DNA of 58,856 nt, counting the filler, from Platydemus manokwari (lineage: Eukaryota): NCBI GenBank assembly GCA_037951405.1. It is 5 parts of 5 records of this genome, joined end to end, with 100 filler letters (N's around TTAATTAATTAA, not from the genome) between each part and the next. Parts side by side here need not be neighbours in the genome. Positions count along the whole stretch, not along the records: positions 33,670 to 48,017 come from JBBMOY011476973.1; positions 48,118 to 58,856 come from JBBMOY011109331.1; 3 more parts are not named here. The stretch is one strand, 5' to 3'. A program made the position numbers and the translations under genes. The notes beneath the pieces are model-generated. The model did not search any database. It worked only from the letters and a program-made list of their open reading frames with translations, and was not told the DNA's origin. Every line of letters starts with the position of its first letter. Position 1 is the stretch's first letter. Positions 37,725-51,100 of the stretch are shown here, in pieces.

Positions 37725-38123
37725 CTTTATTTGATTGAATAAAATAAAAATAACTTTTCTTTACTTAGACATGACGAAGAACTCAAAAAGAAAATTTTTA
37801 TACAGAGATTAAAGAAATTCAACATTGATATAATAATATAAATATTAATAAAATATTGAAAACAAAAATAATTAATATATTTGATTTTTCTTATTTCTTG
37901 AATTGAATAATGTTATTGTTTGTGAATTGAATTCTATACATTTATTGCTTTTGTTTATAAATAAGATTACATTTAATTGACTTTTCATGTTATTTATACA
38001 CGAACATTAATTGATAATATTGTCTATATTAATAAACAAAAATTAGTATGTTTAAATAATATAATAGAATTTATAAATGGGGTTTTTATTTAAACATTTT
38101 CAAAATTCAAATTATTAGCCAAC

Positions 38124-41100
38124 ATGAAAGAAGAAAATAAAAAAAGAAAGAAGGAAGAAGATGGTAGATTGTATATATAGAATAATATGCAAATTAGATA
38201 ATTTATTTACAGATTATCAGTCTTGTAAATACAAAAAATCGGATGTACCCCAATCCTCTAGTCAACCCAAATCCAATAAATCGAGTGCTAACTTAACTCA
38301 TTTTCCAATGTCCGAAAGGCAGCAATATGCACTTTTGAAGCAAATGGAAGACGATTCATCCAACACTTATTATTCAAAGGGTAATTTTATATAATGATTT
38401 TGATTGTTTTTCGTATATGAAAATAATTCATATAAGAATAATCTAAATCAAAGTTTGTTTCATACTTTATTATTTAATTTATTTAATCTATTTGTCTAAT
38501 TTGTTGTCGGCTTGTAGTCGGTGTTCTGTGTATATAATTTGTGTAATACTTTTTGAACAGTACTCTTTACATTGATGAGTGTGGCATAAAATTGTAGAAG
38601 TGTTCCAATTTCCCTTACATTGCTCTATTTATAATTGAAGATTTTGGTTTCAAATGATATCTTTTACGTGTTTATAATTTCCAAGTTTCTTTCGCCTTGT
38701 TTTTAGAATAGAGTATCTCGAAAATATTTATATCATTTCAGATACTAACGGATTATTGTCAGGTGAATATTAATAAAATTTGTGAGTTTTATGGAACGGA
38801 TGTGCCCATAATATCTTTCCATGGTTGAGAGGAAACTGATGAACTAGTTGAATATAGAAAGTGCGAGTTAGAAACTCGCAAGGAACAAATTATGGAACTA
38901 TTGAATTGATGCTCTTTTCGATGCTGATGAGTGAAACTGGTCTGTGTTGTGTCTGTTAGAGTTGATAACGGTTCAATTAACAAATCATTATAACCATTAC
39001 AAAACCTGTGTTCCTATTATGCTTGATAAAACATTTTTTTATCGTGGTATAGAAATACTGCTTGTCTGAGGTGGAGAAGTATAATGTATCGTATTATTAA
39101 GGAATTTATATGCTAACAAGTGGCAAATAAGATTGAGTATTTTATATAAGTCGTATAATAAGTCAAAAAACATTATTACGGAGATAGAAAATACAATTTT
39201 ATTTGTTGAGGAATCCAATTTTTATCAGATTTCCAACGGATTATCATCGATATGCTACAATTTTATATAAATATAAGTGTTAATTTTTATGTATAATTTT
39301 TATTTAATTTCTGAAATAAATATTTCATTTAATTTTATTGAATTTCCAGATTTTGATTGAATTAATTTTTGTAATTTGGGCTGATTATTGGTTTTCATTT
39401 TCCTCAAGTATCTTACGGTTTAAATTGTTTACAGAGCAGACAAGTTCAGTGTAACCCGGTTAATAACACCTCATCCGTTCCAAGAAAATTAACGTTAATA
39501 ACTGTTTATTTATATTAATGAAATTTTAAACAACTAAGTCAATTTAATTTAAATTTATAATAATTAATTCGCCTATATCTAGGATTAGTTTTTGTATGAA
39601 CTAGAACTCTCAATCTATTTTATAGTTGTATTTGTTTCATTTATAATATCTTTATCACAACCAGAGTCAATAAAATTTAACCTCAATTATTAAAGTGAAT
39701 AAAATATTAAAAATAGGAAATTCAAAATTTTATCGATATGATGAATAGGTTTTTGTTGAGGTTTTGATATTAAATGAAATAATATTAACCGAACTTAACA
39801 ATATATGTCTAACAATAAGGATGTCTTTGTTATGAATTAATCTTTGGTTTCGAGTATAAATTTTTAGTTTTCGAAATCACATCAAGTCTTGTAGGTTAAT
39901 TGTAGCTTAATTAAATGCAAAATATTTGTCGAGATTAAAGTTTTCAGTTTAGTTTTATAAATCGAGAATACGAGATTTGACCGATAATTTCATTTTTCTC
40001 CGATGTACCATTTTGAAATGTATTCCATTATCTAAATCCCATGTATATTGTCGGTAAAAGTAGGACAGTTTAGTCACAACGCAATGTGGATTGGAAGTGA
40101 ATTGATACTTGTTCAGAAAACTTATTGGCAGAGATTACATTCATCATTCGAATTGTATTCATATTTCACTTCCAGATTGATCATTCATTTATATAATGTT
40201 TCATTGCGAAATCATGAGAATTTTTTTATGAATGTTTATTTGTGTTTAATGTTCAAACATTGTAGAATATTATTTATTCTCAGTAATGTTCTTTTTAATG
40301 ATATATTTGACAAAGTAAATTATATTAAGACTAAGTTAATTATAGAAGAACCTACACGGAAGGGGGTATGTATATCAATTAGATTGACCACAGCGCTGTT
40401 CAAATCACAATTTGAATTTAATACTTTAGAATTATTTCCTGTCAAAAAACGAAACTATTGGATATCTTGTGAGATAACAAGCGATATTTAACATATCTCG
40501 AAAATCGTTTACATGAAAATTTATACAAGTTAAGCTAATTTTCTTTTAAATTTATTGGGCTTCTTATCAAAACTCAGTCTGTTAAATTTTCCCTTTCAGA
40601 AATTCAAAGACTGAGTCCCATAGTTGATAATTTTTTTTATAAAATAAAACCTTGTCTATTACACTTAGAAAATCATTTATTCTCATTTGCAGGAATAAGA
40701 TTCTTAATCAATCTTTATTGAATATATATGTTTGATGATTTTGTGTCATGCTTGTCACAGTATTCAACTAGTTTAAATTGCAGATCTTAAAACCGGTTTA
40801 AAATTTGTCCAGAAATTAGTTAAATCGATATTACTAAATTTTAACAATGTCATATTGGAATTTCATGTAGGAAATCAGAATAATCGGTGTGGGTATGTTT
40901 GTCATAGAAGAATTAAAGGACGTTTATAAAGAAACTTATTTAATTTTTCAGTGAAGTTTCTTTATCAATCACAATAAGAGGAAAATCCGCAATAAATTCA
41001 ACATTAATATTATTCTTGAGATTTGAATAGAGTCATGAAAAATGATAGAAAATTTCGCGATTCTATTCACACTCATTCATCCATATAATCAGATGACACC

Positions 41101-42313
41101 GAGTTGTAGAAATTCTCTTAGATTCTATTTATACAATGCTAAAGTGGTCTTTGTGGACAGTAATTGTGAGCTAGAAAATTTACATTCACAAATGTCTGTT
41201 TTTTATTGGAATACCATCTATTATGGTATGCTAAAATTTCCAATAAAATATTCCCTTTATTAGTAAAATGGATCACCTAATTAGTGTTTCTTAAATATTT
41301 TTATCAATATCTTATGGTACTTTATTTCCACACTACATAATGATTAATTAAATGTAACACCTCATAATTATCTATTTTATCAGATTCTTTCTATTCTTTA
41401 TTTTCACATTTGTTCAATATAACTCGAACCTTAGAGATCTTATTAAGAGGAAACATTTCCATTAACCATATTTTTGTACGACACTGATTACTAAAACAAA
41501 GTTGTCTCAATACTCGTTGCTGGCGAAATAAGTTTTACAATACAATCATGTATTAAAAACTTTAACCGTAATTCGAATTGAAAATATTTTCGAGTTCAAT
41601 GAAATTGAGATTTTAATGCTACTAGAAACAGCCGAGAATTCATCCAATGTGGTATGCCACACAAGTGAAGGCTTGTCTTACAGCATTAGTACAACTGTTG
41701 CAACTTCATCACTTATGTCTAACCTAATAGGATCAGATAAGAAATTGCACAAACGAAACGGAGCAGGGGAAACGATGCTCATACAGATGGCTAAAAAAGG
41801 TGATCTAAATTCGATAAAAACTCTTATAGCCGACGGTGCCAACATAAATGAGCAGGATTATGCTGGATGGACAGCGCTTCATGAATGTTCCATTAGAAAC
41901 TATCCACACATAACAAATTATTTATTACAACATGGTGCCGATGTCAATTGCTGTGGTCTTCAAGGCGACACTGCTCTGCACGATGCCGTGAAAAACAATT
42001 GTCCAGAAGTTGTCAAAATACTTCTGAAATACGGTGGCGACCCGCTGAAAAGAAATGAAAAAGGAATTCGACCAATCGATCTCACCCAGTCTGACGAAAT
42101 TAGAAAATTACTCTGCGATGTAAGTAATAAATCAATTTGTTGTATTCTACTTACAAATTGAAGTTGTAATTTTATATTTTTTAAAATATTATTATTAAAT
42201 ATTATAATTATAAATATTTGGAAATTCAACATGAAATAATCAATTTTATAATTATTTAATTAAATAAATTATTTATTATTATTTTATTTTATTAATATTA
42301 AACTAATTCTTTG

Positions 42314-42353
<40 letters not shown>

Positions 42354-43737
42354 AATTATACGAATATTATTACACATTGTTATAAAATTATAAAATATTA
42401 CTTAATAATAAATATTAAAAAAATAAAAATTCGTTATCAAAAAGACATTATAAAAGTACAACTGAAAACATCATTTGCACTTTGTTTAACCGCCTATATT
42501 TTTAATTTTTTATTCAAAATGTATTGATTTTTAATAATTTTCTTTTTGTAAAATTATATTTCACACTATTAACGATTTATATATTATTCATTTTTATTTT
42601 TATTATCATTCGAGTTAATCAGCTTGACAATGGGTTAGAAACATGAATTGTATTTGGAAGTATTTTACGATAGATTTTTTATATTTATAATAATAATTTA
42701 TAATTTTATCAACCTTTGATAAGTGCTTCATGAAAACAAATTTGGATTTTCTACTGTGACATCTATTTTTTAAAATTAGATTTCTTGCTAATTCTTGATG
42801 GAAGAATGTTTCTTAAGATTTGTTTCGATTATCCAATAAAATGAAACATGCATTATGTAGACGTTGTGTTCAAATAGGGATTTGGATTTATTACATTTAA
42901 AATGCAATATAGAATTAAGTATGAAGTACAACGCAGGCCCCAGTAGGAAGTGATAATTGAATTGATTGAAATGTTTGTGTGTTCGAAATCGCTTAGTGTG
43001 CAAATCATGGAATGGTTTAATCAACATTTCATTCAGTATTGACGAGTTGGATTAAAAATGAAACCGATTAATGTCGGGTTATTTGTTTAGATATCTCATG
43101 GTTTGATCAGCAAACCGTAACCATTCGTGACTATTTTTAAAACGAAATCGTTTGTGATCTTTTTAGAGAATGGTTTTAATGTGGAGTTAATTATATAATT
43201 TTCAATTTCGGCTTGATCATTCGACCCAGTAGCTCATTTCATGTCCATGATAATATAATGATATAATTTATTATTTCGTTTATGTTTTGATTGGTTTTTG
43301 TTATCAAAATGCAATCAAAGTTCATGGTTCAGTTGGTATAAACAAAATTAAGCCTTATGACTTTGACCGTTGATATTATATTTGAATAAATATCATTTTG
43401 AATTTATTATTCTGTTTGAACAATTTTATTTCATGAATCCTCGAAATATATGAAATATAAATGATAATAATAATCATTATTTTTCATATTTTATCATTGT
43501 AGGTCATCAATTTTTCTAAAGACAAGAAACCAAAGCATCGCGATTCTACGCATTTTTCCATGGAAACCAATGTAAAGCAAGAATATATCAATGATCAAAC
43601 CAAACATTTAGCACATATCGACCAAACTAAGAATTACAAATCACAAGCTGTATCCTCTTCAGAATCATTTTCTGTCGATGAACAGTCAAGTACATGTTAC
43701 ACTGTAAATAATGATCGCCCAGAAACGAAAGAATCTA
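38124..43737 (+). CDS. ANKRD12: Ankyrin repeat domain protein 11/12-like (3' end unresolved)
   Basis: Phase-consistent exons 38124-38163, 38213-38380, 38742-38762 (21-nt micro-exon), 41626-42119 and 43503-43737. PMSERQQYALLKQM matches the ANKRD11/12 LSERQQ/KQxALLMQM motif, followed by ankyrin repeats KRNGAGET...DYAGWTALHE...GDTALHDA..N..EVVKILLKYGGDP. Probably co-orthologous to ANKRD11 and ANKRD12, so the symbol is indicative only. Confidence 0.88.
42317..42348. repeat. (AT)n microsatellite in an intron
   Basis: About 15 AT units. Confidence 0.9.
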
Positions 43738-45339
43738 GTAAGCATATGATTTCTTTTTAATTATAATATTATTATGATTAAGCTCTGTTTAATTCCACAG
43801 ACTCTTTGTTATTGTCAGTTATTTCATTTTCATTTAAACCAGATTAAAATTTTAGCTTCAAATTCGAATGACCATCAACGAATAAAAAATTTAAAATTAA
43901 TTATCGCCTTAATTGAAGCCATGAGAAAATCAGTTAAGATTTTGAAATTTCGTTTATTGCTTCCTGTTTTTGATAATGGTTTCGAACTATAATGAATACC
44001 ATTTCTTTGAAGCTTTGAATATCTAATAATATCTACATGAACTCTAGTTTGATTTATAATATTATTTTATTATTATATTTAATTGATCTTCTAATAATCT
44101 CCACTAAATATGCAACTATAAATATTGTTATAATCATATTCTTTCTTTTATATTATTAATAATATTAATAGTAATAGTTTATTTGCCTATATGCCTAAAT
44201 TTAAAAATAGTTATTATTTCTTGGTTTATTAATTTTATTAAATATTATTTTCAATATAAATATATAATTTTATAATCAATTGTTATCGAAAATGTCCTCC
44301 TGAACACAAATTTAATACAATTCAAACTGAGGACCCCACCAGCAAATAATTTCTGTTAAATTAAATGGGGTGATTTTCATTACAACTATCGTTCAATTAT
44401 TCGCTAAATATTTTAATAACTTCATTATTAATATAATTTAAGAGATTTTATAAAAAAACAAAGAAATGATTTAAAATTTGGAAAAGCAGCTGTTATGAAT
44501 AATAATGTCCGTACTTAAATAAATCATTTCTGAATCAAATCAAAATTAAGAATGAAAAATCATTAATAAAGATCTAAGTGACCCGATAAATATTGATTTA
44601 TTTGGAATTTGTTAAAGATACACAAAAAAACTCTTTACTGAAAGATAAAAGTGAACAACAATTTCAATGATTTTTGTTAGAGTTATCAGAAATTAGATGA
44701 CTAATGAATTGAATAGCAAGAATTCTTTGAATAGCATGGTGTGATTGATCAAATAAGCTTGTGTTGTGATATGAAAAATGTCAAGGTGCTTGATGGACAT
44801 ATTATTCCGTTTAATTTCATTAGTATTTAAGATATTTTTGTATGAGGCGCATAAAGTTTTAACAGTTAAACCCACTTGAAAATATCCCTTTTTAGGATTT
44901 AACCCTTTCAATACGACTTTTGGCCAGTGAAAATATTTTTGTATAACTGAACTATATGTGTTGCAAATAAATAAAGGAACATATTTACTTAATTTCAGAT
45001 TTTTAGGAAATATGGTTTTTTGAAAAAATGCCTTGGGACACATATGTACCTGCAGTAGTTTAATGCGAATATTTTTTGCATCAGTAATTTTGGAACATTC
45101 TCTGGGGCTAATGTCCGTGAGTTAATCAATCTCTGAAGTTCTGATGACCTACCGGGTGTAATGAATATTTATTTCTACTATTTATTAGCCTGGATCGCAT
45201 CTAACGTTAGTATGAAGATTAATTATGATTTGATATTTTAATTAAATGAAGAATGTGATAGCAAATATAACATATATCAGAGGTGGCCAACTTTTCATTT
45301 GAATAACATCTCACGCGACCGACTAAAATTGGATTCATA

Positions 45340-47035
45340 TATCATCTTAGAAAAGAAGACGAAATTAGAAAATATGCAAAATTAATGTGAACAAACGAGA
45401 AGATGAAAAAGAAAGGATGGGAAAAAGGATAATGAAAGAAGACTAAGTAGAAAAAAGTTACAAGTGATAAACAAAAAGTCAGGCTAATAAAGGAGAATGA
45501 AAAATAAACGGAAGTCCTACAACAAGTAACATCAAGAATCGAGATAAAGAAAATGTGCCATTCAGGAGAAAATGAATTAGTATATGAGAAGAAATAGTCA
45601 AAAATGGAGTAATATGGGGAATGTTAATAGTATCGCTAGAAATAATAAGTGAATGAGTATTTTATTATATTACTATCTAATAAAAATGAGAGAGAAAATA
45701 AGTTGATAGCAATGATGATACTGTGGGAATTTAGAACCAGAATGTTTCATAAAGGAAACTACTTTAAAGAATGGACAAGATTACCAGCAAAATTACTCTT
45801 GAAATTTATTGTAATTTAGAAGTCGTTACTGGAAAAGAAGCTAAGGAAGAAAGAATGTTTTTATTCCAAATAAATAGAGGTACTCTAGTAAAATGGTTTA
45901 GAGAGTGGGCAATTTTCAACATGGAAGACAAAGGACAATAATTCAACCAAGAAAAAACTAATATAAATTAAGACAGGGAAAATAAACGAATGGACTATGG
46001 ATCATACTGAATAACGATTAAGAAGAAATGAAATAACTATAGATTTGATCAGCAATAAAAAGCTTTATGATAGATAGCCTTGTCAACTATAGGTTATCAT
46101 ATAATTGGATGAAAATCAAATAGTTTATAAATGAAATAGAACAATAGAGCAGTGTAACTCAGTAATTATCGCACCCTACTACAAACAGAGATTCGTGAAA
46201 GAAGAAAAGCTAATAAACATTCTAAATCAAGATGAATTAAATAAGGTAGATATAATCATACATCAATTAAAACTCTGTGGAATTAGATTAGAAAACAATG
46301 AACAATTGATGATAAATGTGATAAATAGTGGAATATGTGGGATGAAATATCAGGAAGAAACGGAAGGCCATCAAACTCAAACTAAAATTCAAAAAATCAA
46401 GGTGGAAATTGGCAATTATGAGCCTTTAATTATTAAATAAAATTAACAACACATGCCACTATAATAATTCAATCAAAAATGAAAAAGAGAAAATTAGACA
46501 AAATATACAAACACCTTGAGTCAAAACCCGCTGGACAGACATTAGAGAATCGCATTGGTAAAAATAGAAATGAATCAAATAAAATAAGAAATATAATCGA
46601 TAAGGATAGCTTCCAAAAGATCATTATGATTTAAAGCGAAATGGAAGAAACACCTTATAAATCAATAATGATGCCATATTCGATAAAAAATTCAAATGTC
46701 TAAAAAATCAACAAAATAGTCGAGAAAAAAGGAGAACTAGAAATAAATTCAAAAGAACATGAAGAAGAAACAAATAATCAGAAGCAGTGGACTCAATTAA
46801 TACAGAAAACAGCCGAAGAACGAATGCAGGTGATAGCAAAGTGAATTAGAGTTTAAGTTTGATCATGGAAGTATTATCAATACAAGTATTACTATTAGAT
46901 GATGGTTGAGTAGTAGAATACACTTGTAGAAAATCACAATGGGAAAAAATGTGATGCTACTTTAGGTCACCGACATAATAGTAATAGCAATATCGTTAAA
47001 ATTATTGTGTGGAAGAATATATATGGACCGGCAAA
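45340..47035 (+). mobile_element. Very decayed LTR retrotransposon gag(-pol) remnant
   Basis: Purine-rich broken coding strand with gag-like LEPECF/KGNYFKEW, GTLVKWFREW and KLRQG...MDY. No intact catalytic motif. Confidence 0.4.
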
Positions 47036-47688
47036 AAAAATTTCTCTTTTCTACGTCGATGAAATCTTATCAAAATCTAAAAAATACAATTTAAAACATT
47101 TATATGTGAAAATTGTATGTGCAATTATACTAAAAGTGTTAACAAACCATAACAGGGCCTAAGCATAGTTTCCATCAGCTTCAATGACACTCTGGAGATG
47201 ATGTAAATAATTTTGAAACTCGCTTGTGAGCTTGGCCTATAATATTGACTTAAAATATTGGCGAAAATCATTGATCACCTCTCCTGAATTACTGAAATTT
47301 TTTCCACGTCGGTAGCAATCGTAGTTCCTGGAGATAAAGCTTTCTATGATGTTTGTGTAGGGGCAAGCAAAAAAATTTCGTTTTTATCAATAAGAAAATA
47401 TCTGAAGATCAAAGTTATAATTTTCTAGATAGATATTTCTTAGGTAAATTTTCTAAGGTAGATCATTAACAAAAATGGAAAGTTCAAGATTTAAATTTAA
47501 ATAAATCGATTAGAGTTGGTTATATGATTTAGCTATTCTACCTTCTCTTTCTGATGTCGGAATTTTTCCAGCAATTAATGTATATGCAGGGGTAAGAATT
47601 GGCTCATTCACAACAATGGATTATGTTATTACAGGAACATTTTATATTGGATTAAGTAGTAAAAAGAAAAGGCTTTATACGGAAGTTT

Positions 47689-48017
47689 GTGAGGCAATTA
47701 AGCATTAATTCATTTATACTTAAAGCTTTGAAGGATAATATATTGACTAATGAAGAAATAATTGAAGTATATCTTGGTGTTTCAATTGGATTATTTAAAA
47801 AGTGGATTGAATTCCAATCTAAAGATGGTATGAAATTGGAAAATCAAGGTTCTTATCGGCATTTATATCATGTAATTCCTTCGATTTAATAGTTAAAAAT
47901 GAAGATATAGATATTCAAAATCATTTAGAACATCTTATACTATTCATGTTTTTATGCAGGTATTTTATTAACACAAATTGTTATAACGCTGAACATATTA
48001 TTCCTCGAAGTACAGTC
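47689..48017 (+). pseudogene. HNH-endonuclease-like fragment of the type found in Polintons and large DNA viruses
   Basis: EVYLGVSIGLFKKWIEFQSKDGMKLENQGSYRHLYHVIP resembles YLGCS..F..IE.QF..GM.W.NYG..WHIDHIIP. A second NAEHIIPRS motif abuts the gap. Confidence 0.6.
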
Positions 48018-48117
48018 NNNNNNNNNNNNNNNNNNNNNNNNNNNNNNNNNNNNNNNNNNNNTTAATTAATTAANNNNNNNNNNNNNNNNNNNNNNNNNNN
48101 NNNNNNNNNNNNNNNNN
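48018..48117. other. Assembly gap with TTAATTAATTAA linker
   Basis: 100-bp N block with linker. Confidence 0.98.
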
Positions 48118-51100
48118 AATTATGTATTCAAGATCTGTACGTAGACCGGTTACCTTCTATCTATATATATAGAAAATTTTAATTAATTAATTAAATAATA
48201 ATTAAAATAATAAAACGTTATTATTTTCAAAAAAAAGAATTTCTATATTTTCTCATTTTTTGCCGACTAAAATATTTTTATAAAACCCATAAAAAATTCT
48301 CCAAATTGGCCCAAAATATTTAAAATGGATAATGGAAATCAGAATTCAATTATTTGCAATAAGATTGGGTCGGTCCAGATAAATTTAAATAAATATTGCA
48401 AAGGCAAAACCTTGCCGATTACCATGTTCCATGAATTGCTTAACGAAATCGATTGATAAACTAAATCAAAATAAACTAATTATCTTAACAAAATTATGCC
48501 CATTTGAATATTATTTGATTAATATCAATGGATATAAAATATATTTAAATTATGACAATGTTTTTGTTTATTTTCTGCTTGGAAGATTTTTGCTGAAAAT
48601 AAATAAATAGCCCTGGAGTAATTTTTAATTTTTACTGAAAATTTCTACTCAGATCTTGAAATAAAAATATCATTCATAAAATCATATTTTTTGAGTTGAA
48701 ATTCAAATACATAAAAACAAAATTGAGAGATTTTTATTTAATTTATATTAAATTTGGTCATTACATATGAAAACCACATTTAGTAAATCGATATAAAATC
48801 CACAATTGTTTTATGTGAAATTATAAATTTCCCATTAAATACAAATACAGTGGAAAACATTGATTGATATATTATTAAACAACAATAAACTGAACAGTGA
48901 ATTTTTCTTTCATATTTTCATTTCAAAAACAAACCGAAATCAACCGAATTTGAGAAACATAACGATGCCCCACAACTGGTATTAACTGAATGGTTGCTTT
49001 GGGAATTATCTGAAAATAATTTCGCATCATTTCCTGAAGTTGCCGTTGTTTAAATACTAATTTAACATGCGGAATTTAATCTTAGTAATAAACATTGGTA
49101 ATTCCTTTTTCTATATCAACTGATCAATTTCCATACAATTAAATGAACTATTTAAACAAATGAAATATTTAACCAACTATATTAAGCAAAATTAAAAATC
49201 ACTAATAATAATAAACATAATAATAATGTTTATTTATAAAAAGTACTTTATTGAAAACGAAGATTTGTCATAACAACACGGATATTTATAAAAATAATAT
49301 TAATATTTTTAAAAATAAGAATTATTAATATTTTATAATGATGCTTGACATGGTAATTAGGCTAATAGTAATAGTAAACCATTTGTATTGATGATAAATA
49401 TAAGTTATAAATAAAAATATAACATCAACGTAATAATTATAAACACAAATTGTAGTATCGGTGAAGATAAATCTTAAATGTCACAATATAGTTTACATTA
49501 TTATTTAAAAGTTTCAGAAAATAGATTGATGTGTTATTTCCTATGAATCAATCTTTCGTTTTAATTCTTAAATGTGTTTGGTACAGGAATAATCTAAAAT
49601 AATAATATTAAATCATGTAAAATTTTTTCAAAAGTTCCAGGCCTTTCAAAAAATCGTAACCACAAATTAAAATACAAATATGCTTGATAAATCCCAAAAA
49701 TAGAAATAATAAATTAATAAATACATAAATAGAATCATAAAGCAAGGGATACTAAAAATAATATAAAAATACAAAAATAAGCGAAAAACCAATAGGTTAA
49801 AAAAGAAACAGATAATAATATATAAAGAGAAGTATGACGCATAAAAGCGCCTATAAATTATTTAGCTTAAAAAATTCAATAATTCTTATCAGCCTGTAGA
49901 TCATCGATTTAATTGTAAGTGGAACTATTTTACCAATTCAACACAAAATTCCAATAAACACGTGTCATATTTTTAAATCGAGAAATCCCATACATATGAG
50001 ATATTATTTCAATGTGTAGTTATTATCGGTTGGGGAATTATATTTATATATAATTTTCCAACCAGAAGCACAGAAACCAGAAAGAAACAAAAGAGGAGAT
50101 AAATGTCCGTAAAGCGACTAAAGAAAAATTTACTTCATGTTTTTACTATAATTTGTAGTCTTATAAAATAGTCCTCATTGTTAATACCAAGGTCTTGAGC
50201 CTGCCCAACCACTATTTAATTAAATTTTAAACTTATCAATGTAATCATCCTCTGTCTGTGTAGTTGCCGGACTGCTAGGTCCCAACTATCGTCAGTAATT
50301 GTTAGGACCTTGCATTTCTCCGCAAAAAAGACTTGTAACATTATCACAAAACAATAGAAACTAATTAATTGGATTTTAATCATTATCCATGGTTATCTGT
50401 TAATCGTTATTGTATTAACTCTTGTACGTTATTCATAATTGTTATTATATATTTGAATTTTAGAGCAATTATATATTTTAGTATTTATCACCTTATTTAT
50501 TTATATTTAAACTCACTTTCGTCATTTATTCCATTGTCTTTTGGAGTTAGGCTTATAAGAGCTTATTTATCAGTATGAAACCTTCTGAAGTTTGGAACTA
50601 AGCAAAACCAAACAAATGGATACATACTAAATTTAAATTTTTTGTCCATTGAAAATAAAAATTTATTCTTTTGCCTAAATATGTGTAAATATATAATGTT
50701 GTGTAATTCTCATTCAAATACTTATTATAATTATATTTATAATATAATTACAAAAATAGAAATAATAATTTAATGCAAATAATAATGATGATACAATGAC
50801 ACTGACAATAATAATCGAAATAATTATGATAATATTAATATTATTCTATAACGAAAATGGCAATCATTAAAGTATTGGGAATGGGAGAAATGGTGTGTAT
50901 AATAGTAATAAGGATTAATATAACATTTTTACCTCTCAAATAATTGGAAAACAATGATCTAATCGGCTTTTTTAAGTTTAACATACAAATTTTATAACCT
51001 CTACAGTTCCAAAGTCCGAAGTCGAAGAGTAACCGCCGTTACTGCTTTTATAATCATTAGTACAGTGATCTTGTATATCTCTGAATTTTATTTACCCCTT

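Noticed and set aside
40048-40491. 147-aa ORF inside an ANKRD11/12-like intron
   Set aside because: Non-ATG start, no domain motif, and no phase-compatible splice sites identified.
41960-42232. Minus-strand 90-aa ORF
   Set aside because: Antisense shadow of the ankyrin exon.
44480-45160. Possible PIF/Harbinger transposase remnant (VLDGHIIP) and 116-aa minus ORF
   Set aside because: A single weak motif; the other catalytic motifs were not seen.
48930-49180. Possible hAT dimerisation-domain remnant (FASFPEVAV)
   Set aside because: The diagnostic ERxFS motif is absent.
50150-50350. Possible gag fragment on the minus strand (QTEDDYIDKFK)
   Set aside because: Too short and ambiguous to call.
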